Assembly: GCA_964187785.1 (NCBI GenBank)
Contig: OZ076409.1
Coordinates: 13,332,001-13,396,000 of the forward strand
From: Amphiscolops sp. MND2022
Taxonomy: Eukaryota
Direction of reading: 5' to 3'
Length of the DNA stretch: 64,000 nucleotides
The notes under the pieces are model-generated. The model did not search any database and was not told where the DNA came from. It was given only the letters and a program-made list of their open reading frames with translations. The position numbers and the translations under genes were made by a program. Positions 37,035 through 48,456 of this stretch are shown piece after piece; within the stretch, counting starts at the first letter, position 1; each line of letters opens with the position of its first letter.

Positions 37035-39985
37035 TGTTTTTGTTTGTGCTCTAGTCCGTGGTTTTTATGTCAGATGCAGAACCATAGTAATAGTAGGGCT
37101 TTTGCGGAGATCCGCAAGGGGCTTCTCAACCGTCACAGTCACTCAATCACGTGGTAGGTGAGTTTCCTTTCTAGCTGCCTCCGGTTTTTCTCTTGCAAGT
37201 CAGTGGATTGAGGTATTGCACAGGACACGCGATACTATGCCTCATCCACCAATGCTGTCATCTCATCTTTCTTCTGGTAGCTTTGTTTTGGGTGCTTGGT
37301 GAATCAAGACAAAGCACACGACCCGTGATACTTTGCCTAGTTCCACTTGTCCCGGCATTTGCTTCTAGTACAGTCGCACCCAATTCTCCATGAGCAGGAA
37401 AGATTTTCATCGATGTTTGCATTTTCCAAAATAATTGCAGCAACTGGTGTTTCAGACTTTTCTGGTCGCAATTCAAGATCTCCAGCTTCAAGGTGCTCAC
37501 TATTCTCGTGGTTCTATAAAAGAAAGCCTGCTGTAATTGGGATTTGCTGGGTCTTTCCGATTTGAACTTCAACTCTCCGCGGACAGAGAAAATCATTCCC
37601 GCTAGTCTCAAATCATCAACATGGTAGTGACTTTGTATCTGTTTCGAAAGCATGAGGACGTCGTTCAGTTGTAGATACATCATCAACGGTAAAAGTTTGA
37701 GTTTGTACAAGGCTTCTTTGTACGAGAAATTTTCCCCCAAAATCTATTGAACGATTCTTTGTAAGCTTTCCAGTTGCCTGGAGACAAACATAGAAAGTCC
37801 AAAACAACAGCTAGCATAAAGAACTCTTGGGACAATCATGTTTTTGTAGAGATCTAGTTTCGACCGATAGGGAAGGTTTGAGACATTACGCTTGATCATA
37901 TAAAAAAAATTTGAATCCTTTCGAACAAGCATTATCGATGTGACGGTTCCATTTCAAGTCCTTCTGTACAATTAATCCGAGATCCTTTCCCCAGCATTTG
38001 TTATTAACAGCGTCGTTTTCTAGACAGAAGGTCTCGATATCACCCTCGAAAGTTGAATGAGAGCAATTGTCCAAATTCGAAGACAATTTGTTGTCTTGTG
38101 TCCATGTGAAAACTTCATCCAGCTCTGATTGGTAAATATTTGCATTCAGTCCTATCCTCAAAAGTTTAGTATCGTCAGCGAATAGGAGAGGGATAATATT
38201 TTCACAACATGAAGGCAAATCATTTATGTATATGAGGAACATTAAAGGACCAACTAAAGATCCCTGTGGTACACCACTTTCGACTCTTTTTCGGGGACAG
38301 GCTTTCGTTAACGCGGACCCTTTGTGACCTTCCGGAGAGGTAACTGTGGAGCAGTCTCAGGAGTCTTCCGTCAATATGAAACTGGTGAATTTTTCGATCC
38401 AAAATTCCGTGATCAACTTGGTCGAAGGCTTTGCTGAAATCGGTTAGCACAATGTCTACGTCCAAATTGTTCTCCAACCCGTGGTAAAATTTCTGGAGCA
38501 TCAACAGTTGTAGTACTGTGGATCGGCCGGGCATAAAACCATATGGAGCTTTATGTAGATAGGGTCTAACTTGAAGAAACAGACGAGTGAACAAAATTCG
38601 CTCGAAATTTTTTGATGGTATGCAAAGTAAACTTGTCTGTAGTTTTAGGCGTTCAGTTTACTCCCTTTCTTGTACAATGGACTCACAATGGCTTCTTTCC
38701 AAACTGAAGGAAAGGTTTAGGTTAGGAACATTTTTTTGAATATCTGGAAAAGCGATGCTGAGATGTGGTCACACGTATTTGGCTATAAATGTTTGATATC
38801 TCCTGCCTCGTGAACTTGACGTTTTCAAACTTGGGATAAAACATTTTGTCATAGAGTCGAGCGGTCAGGCAAAAGCGTTTAAATAAAGATTTTATTTTAT
38901 GCTACTGGTGTTAGTGAGTAGCTCTCGAAACAGTGAAAGCTATCAACAAATCTCAGTCAAAACAACTTATCAAACAACACGTTTCCAAATACGGTATCTC
39001 TTGTGCTGGTTAAATATTCAAATTCAGTTTGATTGAATAATGTCAACGACATTACACATTTCTTGAGAAATTGGTTCGTCGAACTTTGAGGATGTTTTAT
39101 ACGTTGAAGCGAAGAAGTCGGCAAATAGTCTGACTTTTCCCGCGTCTGATTGAGCCTCGTCCTTTACTCATTTCAATTTAGACAGTATTTTTTGAAAGCT
39201 TTGGAATACTTGAAGAGATTCGCTGGAGACCTTGTAGCTGCTAGTTGGCTTCCATATCGAGTTTTGTCTTCTTGCGCCGTTGCGTAGGACTGAATGAGTA
39301 ATTCTTGGACTGATGGATGAGTCTCGTGGTATCTTTTCCGCTTTGTTTTCAAACGTTTCAGTGTGTGCGATGTCTCGCGCGATATCCATGGTAATAGGGA
39401 TGATCGATGTTTCGTTCTCGGCACCGAGTCTTCCAAAGTTTCCTCGAACCAAATATACCAGTTGTCCAATACAACATCTACAGTTGACCAGCAGTAGGAG
39501 TCGAAGGGCGTTTGCTCCATCAGATTTCTGATATTATCAAAGTCGGCATTGCAAAAGCTATAAACCTCATTTCCGGGAGTTTTCCTCATGTAAACTTCTT
39601 CAATAGCAGCGAAAGTGGAAACGATTGGAGTGTGTGAGGACAGATTACAAACAATCTCGTGATCGCGAAGTGGTTCTAAGACTACATCGCAGTTGTTTCT
39701 GGAAACCAACATAAGATCCGAAATGCCAGTGGCAGATGTTTCGAAGTCGATTTTTTGTTGCTGATTCAGATCAGCGATGTTCTCTAGGAACATTTTTTCT
39801 CGACCAGTTCCATGTTCGATGGTATTCCACTTATTTTGATCAAGTTTTAAATCGCCAAACACAATGAGTTCATCGTGAGTTTTCCGTTGTTTCTTTAAAA
39901 ATAAGAATAGTTGTTCAAAGTCATCTATAGCAAAGTGTACTTACTGTCGTGTGGAGGTGAGTAAACGCAAACAATACACAGAAAA
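37035..39985 (-). mobile_element. CR1-like LINE C, longest copy (APE + RT)
   Basis: APE motifs VYSPP, GDLK, DLMLVS and SSH.PI (39173-39862) followed by RT fragments (38594-37258). Confidence 0.85.
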
Positions 39986-40770
39986 AGATTTCCTAAGCTA
40001 ACTTGACATGTAGCTATGGATCCATTATTATCATGAATTGTGAAACGGGCAATCAGTGCTTCGTTTACACTCGATGCCCAAGCTGTCACATTTTTAGTGT
40101 CTCAAGGTTTGAGTTGGTTAGCGATATGTTTATGGCTCGTTCTCTCCATGCTCTTTGCCATGGTTGGTCAAAGATGGTGGATTTTGCCTCTGGGGCTTGG
40201 AGGTTAATAAAAGAAAATAGATAATTATTGAGCTTGTAACTTTTGGCTATTAAGTCTGACTTGTGGTGAAAACGTCCTGCAAACCCAAATTTCCCGGTAA
40301 CAGATAGAGCGGCTTCCGTTTTTGATGAGTGCAGTTTAGATAATCAATTCGTAAAGATAGAGTCCGGAGGTGCTCAGAGCGACACTTAGACACAGATCCA
40401 CGACTGTTACAGGTTTGCATGACACAGATGCTCCTTTGATAAGATTTTTTACTCATTTTCTTGAGTGTTCACAGCTACTGCCCTTCGATTTGTTCAAGAA
40501 TGTCAACAAGTAGATAATATTCATCTGTACAAGATTACAATCTCTATCATTTCTATCGAATATACTGCTGAGTTCTTGTCCAAAAAAAATCAAAAATCTT
40601 GAGGGGGTGTGGGTTATAACTAGCATTTGCAATTTTCATCACATGACTGTGGACGTACTCTGTGTGTAAAGGACTTTGACGGAATGAGAAAATTTATATG
40701 GAAGACAGAAACTAAAATAGCAATCCAATCAATTTAGTGGACTCAAATAAATATTCTTAAAACTTAGAAT

Positions 40771-41181
40771 ACCAAGCCGGGAACGGCCAACGTTGGCGCT
40801 ATACCTAAGGCTCCAAAAGCGCAAAAAATTTAAAATATGCTCAGGGCGTTCTTCAAGTGTTTTTACTGTTCAGAAAACGCTTCAGAAGTTCGGATATAGC
40901 GTGCTGCGACATATACGAGCGCTTTTTTCCATCCTCTGCCTCCTCCTTAGTAAAACGCAATATAGTTCGGATATAACGTCAAAAATTTGTAACAGGGGGA
41001 CTTTTTGGTGCAATCAAAAAATTTTCGAAAAAACGAAGTTAAAAACACCAAGATAGCCAAAGTTGGGTGTTTCCAGTATGTTATGGGCATCCGTAGTTCA
41101 AGTTGGACAAAAAAGTGGACCATACGTGGCTAAAAAATTACCCACTGTCGTGCACCTTTCCTCAAAAGCGCCGACTAAAAA
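40771..41181 (-). mobile_element. HINE-like element
   Basis: CAAGCCGGGAACGGCCAACGTTGGCGC at the left end and GCGCCGACTAAAAA at the right end. Confidence 0.75.
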
Positions 41182-42461
41182 CACCTTGAATCTTGGGAAG
41201 AACGTTGGAGAGCCATGGTTGAAGTCTCATCTTTCCCTTTAATCGACTGTGAAAGGACTTATTTTCAAATAATAAGATGCGAGACTTGCTCTTCAATGTC
41301 TTCTCGGGATCCGATCTTCACATTGACCCCTATACATGACAAGTCAAGTTTCGTAAACTCATTGCTTGTATGATCAAACTCAATTCAAGCTAAGGTTGAA
41401 TGAATGAAAACAAATGTTTTTTCTAGTCCTTGCTTGATGCAATTGAAAACTATCCCGTGGCATCTATAAAGCATTTCAATATGAACGATTCCATTGAATG
41501 GGATAGGTCGGGGTAGTGAAAGTAAATACAGGAACACAAACTTGATTGATACCGTATCATCTAATATGCAAAGCATTATTGTTGTTGATTTTTTTGTTAT
41601 GTTTATTGCGGTGATAGCTTTTCCGAAAACAAAAGACTGCTAACAAAATGCTGTTTTCAATTGACAGTTTTGAAAAACGATAACAATTTTAAGTGAACTG
41701 ATTTAAAGATTTATCATAAACACTGAAAAAATGATTCGATGCATGAATGAAAAGTAGTCCAAGCAGAAATGACGTGTTCATTGACGTATGCTGCATGAAC
41801 TGTTGAACCAATTTTTCGGCCTTCCCACATTCCGCTCGCCCTGAAGTATCTCGGAGATTCTTTAATTTTTTAACAGTCATAGTATGATCGAGAAGTTTGA
41901 TGCAAGTGAGGATGGAGGTTCGGGGCTTGGCTTGAAGGAAAAGGTTAAAGCTCTTTTCTGTTAGATCCCACCACCATTTTTTGGGAATTTAAGAATATAA
42001 CAGACTTGAATATAAACCAGAAAGCTTCAATTTTAATTGTTTTCCAGGGTGACGGTTTAGAATTGAGATACAAACTTTGTTCATAATATTTTTGCCCTGA
42101 AAATTTCATGGGAGTTTACTTCCACAAATTTTGGTAGGTAGTGAGAAGCAAAAGCCAAAGGTGAATTCATAGTCTCCTGGTGGTCATGGCATGGCGATCA
42201 CCAGCTGAGGAGTTTTACGACGTGGTGTACCAAAGGGTTTTTAATGTCCAGGGAGCCATGAGATGATAACGTGAGAAAACATTCGTGTACAGCGTGATCC
42301 ATGTATTCAGGGTTTGTTTGCTTCCCAAGATTAGCCAAAATTGCAAAATGAAACATGCGTGTATAACTTGAGGATAATGATTAATAGTCAAGAATGAATA
42401 ACTTATTTCGGATCTGAATAACACATTTCTATGACCCCGAGCTGACGAGCCCTTGATTCCG

Positions 42462-42998
42462 TTTTTAGTCGGCGCATTTTAGTAGAAAATGTGCCCGACT
42501 CTTACAGTGGGTAGTCTTTTTTACCACTTTTTTGTTCATTTGTTCAACAACGTCAAACCTCAACAACTTCAAACCTCAACAACTCCAACCTTAGAAGCGC
42601 GTCAAAACGAAAAGAAAAACAAAACAGACGTCCAGAACCTCAAAAACACTTTAAGAATCCCCACATAGCCCCACTTTTTTTCGGCACTATGAGACTTTTT
42701 GAAATTTTTTGGATTGCACCAAAGGGTCACCCCTTCATTTGTTTCGATATTTTGCAACACAATGGATGTCGAAAAATTGCAAAGGGTCCCCCTTTTACAT
42801 TTTTCGGCACTGTGACACTGTTCAAAAATCTCATTTTAAAAAATTTTTTGGGAAATTTTTTCATGTCCCCAAAAGGTCCCCCCTTCAATTTTTTTTTCAT
42901 TTTTTGCAGCCAGCTGGAGTTTCACAAAGCCCGAAGGGTCCCCCTTTTCAATTTTGAGCCTTAGATATGGCGCCGACTTTGGCCGTTCTCGGCTTGTT
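42462..42998 (+). mobile_element. HINE-like element (clearest copy)
   Basis: 5' TTTTT-AGTCGGCGCATTTT...AAAATGTGCCCGACT (subTIR with adjacent inverted repeat); internal AAGGGTCCCCC repeats; 3' subTIR GCGCCGACT followed by hairpin GCCGTTCTCGGC and TTGTT. No TSD. Confidence 0.8.
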
Positions 42999-43110
42999 AT
43001 ATTTTACATTGAAGAGGGCACTGATTGTCTTCGGCAACAAAAAAGTATCGCCAGCTTGAAACTTTGAACTACCGAAGGGCCATTTATCCTTATTTGATAC
43101 CATAAATTCC

Positions 43111-43705
43111 AACTAGCCGGGAACGACATAAGTCGGCGCCATATCTAAGGCTCAAAATAGCAAAAGTACTTCAAAGTGTCAAGTATTCTTTTAATTTACC
43201 CGAAAAACCAGAAAGTTGGATCGAATTGGCGCACCGAGGGACCCATAGCGCGATTCCCTGGCGCGCTTAAAAAGGGGACCCCTTCGGATTTCGTAACAGC
43301 CATTGTTGCAAAACATCAAAATCTTGAAAGGGGGACCCTTTGGGATTTTTTTCCAAAAAAGTCTCAATGCCGAAAAAAACTAAAAGGGGGGGCCTTTGGG
43401 ATTTTTCAACATCCATGCTGTCGCCAAACATCAAAAATTGAAGGGGCCCTTTGATTTAAATAAATTTCGAAAAAGGTCTCACAATGCCGAACAAAACAAA
43501 GGGGGACCCTTTAGTCTCCCCCGGTGTTGCGTATTACGCGGAAAAGCTGGAAAAACTATTTTGGTTCAGTTCCCTAGGCCAAATGGTTCAATTTGACACC
43601 ATAAAATTTCGTAGAACTTTGTAGAACTGTTTTGGTCAGTTCGTGTGGATTGAAAGAAAGTCACTCTTATAGTCGCGTTTCACTTCATGAAGCCCTGGAC
43701 TAAAA
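43111..43705 (-). mobile_element. HINE-like element
   Basis: AACTAGCCGGGAACGACATAAGTCGGCGCCATATCT at the left, GGGGACCCTT repeats, and GGACTAAAA at the right. Confidence 0.75.
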
Positions 43706-44920
43706 GAGGACTTCATGTTTTTGGGTACATGTTTTTGCACGTTTAATGCAGATTGGATTTATTGTCAATGTCATGTGACTGTGGCATCTCATTCATGGGC
43801 CTTCTGTACCGAAAATTCGCTGGTGTGAGATGTCGTTAGTGTTATTTAACATGGGTGTTTTGGGTCTAGATTTGAGGATCGATTCAATCTGTGAAGGTTT
43901 TGAGCTCTTCGAAAATGAAGTCAGATTGAGGAAGTTGCGATGTAATCATTTCCAGTTTTCACTTCATCCAGTTCTGCGTGGTACTGCTGCTGCGCTTGAA
44001 GAACGAAAAGGTTAGCTTTAGACTTATCCCTGTAATGGAACCAATCTTTAACGATCGTTTCAACTTTTCGAAAGCTACTGGCAAATGCTTTGACGCGGTA
44101 CAACTTCTGAACACTACTGTGGCAACTGAAATCAATCAACGAGTAGATGAGCATTGTAGCTGCTACCACTTCGCTTCTGATTCAATTTCTTTCACTCTCT
44201 GGAGTCATCGGCGCTGAAAATTTTGGCCAAGCAACGTCTGATTTGGGAGCAATTCAAGACCATGTCATGATAGGCGGGATTGATTGAGATTCTCGACTAA
44301 CAAACAACCCACATGATGCAAAGTCTGACGAATTTGAACTTCATATGATTTGATTCCAATTTGCTAACAAAATAGCTCCATGTGCGCTAGGAAGAAGGCC
44401 TAACCATTGCAAGACGACTGTAGAAGGTGTCCAGTCGAAACAGCAGGCCCTTGGCCACAAAGTGAGATAGATAATTCTGCGATTCATTGAGAAGCTTGAT
44501 TTCAACATGGGCTCCACACAATTCGAGACACGACAAAGACTTTATAACAGGAGCAACTCTTCGATGCAACAAAATGGTGATGACTTCGTCAATAAGTCAG
44601 TCATTTGCTTTAGATAACTGCGGCGGAAGATAAAACTGTATATTCTCATTTTCAAAGGGACGATGCAGCTAGACAAAATAAGAGTTTCAAGATGTTCCAA
44701 AGCAGCTCTGATTTCGATATATTCATTTTGTTCTGTGGAACTGTGAGACTTGAAAATTCTCATTTTTGTGTGTTTTTTTTCGAAAATTTTTCGAAAGACT
44801 CCAAACGGTCTCCCTTCAGTTTTTGCACATGACGAAGTCAATGTGCATTGCAGTCCAGCTAAGTAAGTTTTTTCCACTATAGTCAACTTTATAATGAGCG
44901 CCTTTTAGAAAAAAGCCAAA

Positions 44921-44990
44921 ACCCCAGAGAGATTCGAACCTGCAGCCTCCCGATTGCACGGCATAAGTGTTGACCACTGTGCCATAGGGA
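44921..44990 (-). pseudogene. tRNA-like sequence (tRNA pseudogene or SINE head)
   Basis: The reverse strand reads TCCCTATGGCACAGTGGTCAACAC...GGAGGCTGCAGGTTCGAATCTCTCTGGGG followed by T-runs. It has an A box and B box, but the stems pair poorly. Confidence 0.55.
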
Positions 44991-45949
44991 CGTTATTGAA
45001 CAAAGTTGAACTGTTGAATATATACGCATGCGATTAAAATACTATATATACGCATATTAAAATAATCGATGTCTTCGTCATGTGTTGCGAAGCACCGCTT
45101 CGCCTCTGTGTTTGAAATTTGCAACAGAATGGATGTTAAAAAATCTCAAAGGCCCCCTTTTACAGTTTTTTGCATTGTGAGATTTTTCAAAACGAATAAT
45201 TTTTCTCCTAAAATTAGGTTTTCTCAGGCCCAGCACGCTATATCCGATTTTCGTTTTCTTTAAAGACCGGTGTTTCTTTCTATGCGACTTTTTTAAAATT
45301 CGTTTCCATCGAAGCCCCCCTCAATTTTCACAAGAAACGAAACGTTTTGCGAGCGTAAAGGACTCCTCTACGTGTTCGGCACTATGCGACTTACCGGAGA
45401 CCTTCATCAAAAAAAATTTCGGAAGATTTTGAAGATTTTCTCAATTTTCTGTTTTTTTTAAAGGTTTTCCATTGAGAAAGATGCTGTTTCCAGTTGAGGA
45501 AGAATGGTTTTCGAGACTTATGCGTATCCCTTCGGGTATTTTTGGGGCTGTAAAATTGATGAAATTTTAACATTATTGTCCTTTTACCCTTCGTTGTCCG
45601 TATAATACTGCATATTTGGGTTTTCTTTTGAAAAGTTCATAACTTTCTTCGCAAGTGTTTGCAAAGCACGGCTTCGCCTCTGTTTTAATTTGTTAAAAAA
45701 GTTGGTCGTTTGAGATTCCATTTCCAGCCAGTTGGCTACTAACTTTCCCCGACACCATTCGAGATACTCGCATGATGCACCAATACTATTTTGTGCACTC
45801 ATGGGGGCCCTCGTTATGAAACTATTTTCATCTCGCTGAAGTAGCTATTTAGTACATTTTGAACGAAAATTGTTTTGATCAAATGCGACTTTTCAGTCTT
45901 TAGTACGCTAATGGCTTATATCTTCTTAATTGTCTCTATTCTAGTGTAT

Positions 45950-46323
45950 AACAAGACGGGAACGTCTAAAGTCGGCGCCATATCTAAGGCTCAAAAAGCG
46001 CAAAAGATTTTTTTTGGAAAAAATTGAAATTTTTGAAAAAAATTTTTCTTTCAAAAAATGTCGCACAGTGCCGAAAAAACTCAAAGCGGAGACCCTATAG
46101 TCTCGTCCTGTTTTGTATCTTACGATAAAAATGGACTTACTGAAAGGGGGACCCTTTGCACTATCTCAAATGCGCTGCCAGTATTTTAGTAGTACTGTAT
46201 TTAGTAGTTGAACGTTAATTTTAACGTTCGTCGCTTCGAGTCTGTCTTAAATAAAAAAAAAGAAAAAAAAACGAGTGACTGTAATAGTCGGGCTCTTTTC
46301 TTAAGAAAAGCGCCGACTAAAAA
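45950..46323 (-). mobile_element. HINE-like element
   Basis: AACAAGACGGGAACGTCTAAAGTCGGCGCCATATCT ... AGTCGGGCTCTTTTC..GAAAAGCGCCGACTAAAAA. Confidence 0.8.
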
Positions 46324-47137
46324 TTGAACCAGAGCAGGTTCTTAATCTTGGCCTTTTTTGTGAGAAATTTGGTAGGATGAGCTTATAATCTGAATTGCCA
46401 ACAAATGGGCATGGTAGCTTCAAAAAGGTGCAGGATGGGTTGTTACTTTTCCATAGTGCTTTCCTGGGGCCCTCTCGTGGAACTAAGTAGCTACTTAGTG
46501 CATTTTTTGACAAAAACTGATCATTGGTCAAATGAGACTTTATCGAGACTTTTCTCATGCTTATATCTTCAGACTATTTTCGATGCAGATGATTTATATC
46601 CTGAATTTATTTGGTGTCAAACGAGCATTCTTCGCAATCCCTCGCGCTAAGCATCTCAGCGCCTGTTTGAAGTTGTTTAGTGAATTTGTAAGTTGAAGAT
46701 AAAGATTTTCTGCTTTCATTTTACCGGACGAGCATCTCCGACAAATTCTCAGCTTTTTGTGAAGTGCTAGTCTTGTCAAGTGATAGTTTCGATAATTTCA
46801 GTTTCCTCCTCAGTAGAAAGTTTTTCCATGTTTTGAAAGTCCCGGTCTGTAAGGATTTTCTTCGAATTGTTTAGGGGTTTTAACACTTTAAAGACGTCCA
46901 AGTAGCTTATCATTAGGACAAGGCGATTTTCTTGCCAGTGATGTATGGCTTCTCCGTCCGTCCACGTGAGCACTTTGATTAAACCTCACTCCGCAACGTG
47001 GGTAGCAGAAATGTATGAGGCAGTGATCCTGGGATAGGTTGATACAGTAATCCTGAAATGATTGGTTGCAAAATTAGTCACATATTGAATCCACTCATCC
47101 TTGTTCAGATTTCACAGTATGCTGTTTGTTTTCGTAG

Positions 47138-47394
47138 GTCAAGCGGAAATACAGTTGGGTTCATATCCATGGAATGCATGGGTAAAGGCAAAGCGTATAT
47201 CTATGAAGGGTGCTCAAAACAGTTGCGTTTGTGTGATTTCGCTGAAGTAACTCGGCGACAATTAATGAATGCTGCTGAAAATGACTTTGATGAACCTTGG
47301 TCTGCAGAATATAAACATGCTACCTCGTTGGTTGTGATATCGATGCTCCTTATTGGTGACACGGTTGAAAATGTTGACAACCACCCACTCTTTG
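47138..47394 (+). CDS. Predicted exon 2 (linker) of the nuclease-helicase gene
   Basis: Acceptor TTTGTTTTCGTAG (phase 2, matching the exon-1 donors), open frame SSGNTVGFISMEC...HPLF, and donor GTAAGA (phase 1, matching the acceptor at 48456). Confidence 0.6.
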
Positions 47395-48003
47395 GTAAGA
47401 ATAATTCTTACGATTCATTTCAAACAAAGCTTTATTGGAAATCTACGATATGTAAATTGAATGAATGGAACCAACTTTGCAAATTTCCGCTTTATTTTTA
47501 GTCACGTCTTGAACTCTTGAGAAATAAATCTAATGAAACAAGTTACGTGAAAATTCGCAGGTCTTGTTCCCTCGATTCATATAACTTTCAGGCTAATTGG
47601 CTAAGGTGAAAGGAGCTCAATTCGTCAAAAACAAATTTTGCCCTGTTAAAATTTTGCCGTCGCAGAAAAAACTATCGGTAAGGTTTTTGACGGCAACCGT
47701 AACTTACACCATGGTTATTTATGACGTGGAGTTTTTTTTCAAAAATATTGAACGCTCCACGTAATGTGCTTCGAGATATAACGCTCAAATTTCAGTGCGA
47801 ATCGTTGCAAAAGCGCTCGCTACGCTCGCCTAAAAACGATTGAGAAGAAAGGTTTTTCTAAAACTCTGCTTTTCAGCCAGGAACCTTTTGGCTGACATTC
47901 TCCCTCTCTGGCAAGCAATCAATTGTCAAGAAAAAAGTTTCCTCGGCCACCTGCCAAAGCATTTTGCCTCTAGTTCTGTTTTCCAATTTATCAGTTTAAA
48001 AGG

Positions 48004-48388
48004 GGCCGAGAACGGCCAAAGTCGGCGCTATATCTAAGGCTAAAAATTGTGAAAGGGGGAACCCTTTGGGATTTTTTGACATCCATAGTGTTGCAAAATA
48101 TCGAAAGAAATGAAGGGGGACCCTTTGGTGCAATCCAAAAAATTTCAAAAAGTCGCATAGTGCAGAAAAAAGTGGGGCTAAGGTGGGATCCTTAGTGTGT
48201 TTTCGAGGTTCTGGACGTGTTTTGTTTTTCTTTTCGGTTTGGACGCGCTTCTGAGGTTCGAGTGTTTTGAACCTCCATAGTTCAAGTTGTTGAACAAATG
48301 AACAAAAAAAGTGGACCCTTCGTGTCTTAAAAAAACTACCCACTGTAATAGTCGGGCACATTTTCTACTAAAATGCGTCGACTAAAAA
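48004..48388 (-). mobile_element. HINE-like element (same subfamily as 42462-42998)
   Basis: GGCCGAGAACGGCCAAAGTCGGCGC ... AGTCGGGCACATTTTCTACTAAAATGCGTCGACTAAAAA. Confidence 0.8.
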
Positions 48389-48456
48389 CGTGTGTTTTGA
48401 AACATTGAGCTTGTAGAAATTGGAGCTTAGTTGTTTGATCTAATTTTTTATTCCAG

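Larger units (their letters stand above)
15040..38748. repeat. Tandem segmental triplication of a ~7.6-8.06 kb block
   Basis: ORFs recur at 15106/22760/30819 and 19937/27995/36057. Junctions at ~22643 and ~30702 join CR1 (-) to LINE A (+). LINE A continues left of unit 1 and the CR1 continues right of unit 3. Confidence 0.93.
41200..46830 (-). pseudogene. Possible degraded F-box/LRR-like gene, antisense within the long intron
   Basis: F-box-like EKLSTEEETEIIETIT..LRICRRC (46830-46730, frameshifted) and LRR-like pieces LEHLETLILSSC, IKSLSCLEL and FTKLDLSC scattered between HINEs, with many stops. Confidence 0.3.

Noticed and set aside
42689..43596. Short ORFs with repeated KGPPF / KGGP peptides (also 47996-48361, 59301-59772)
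   Set aside because: They are translations of the AAGGGTCCCC internal repeats of HINE elements.
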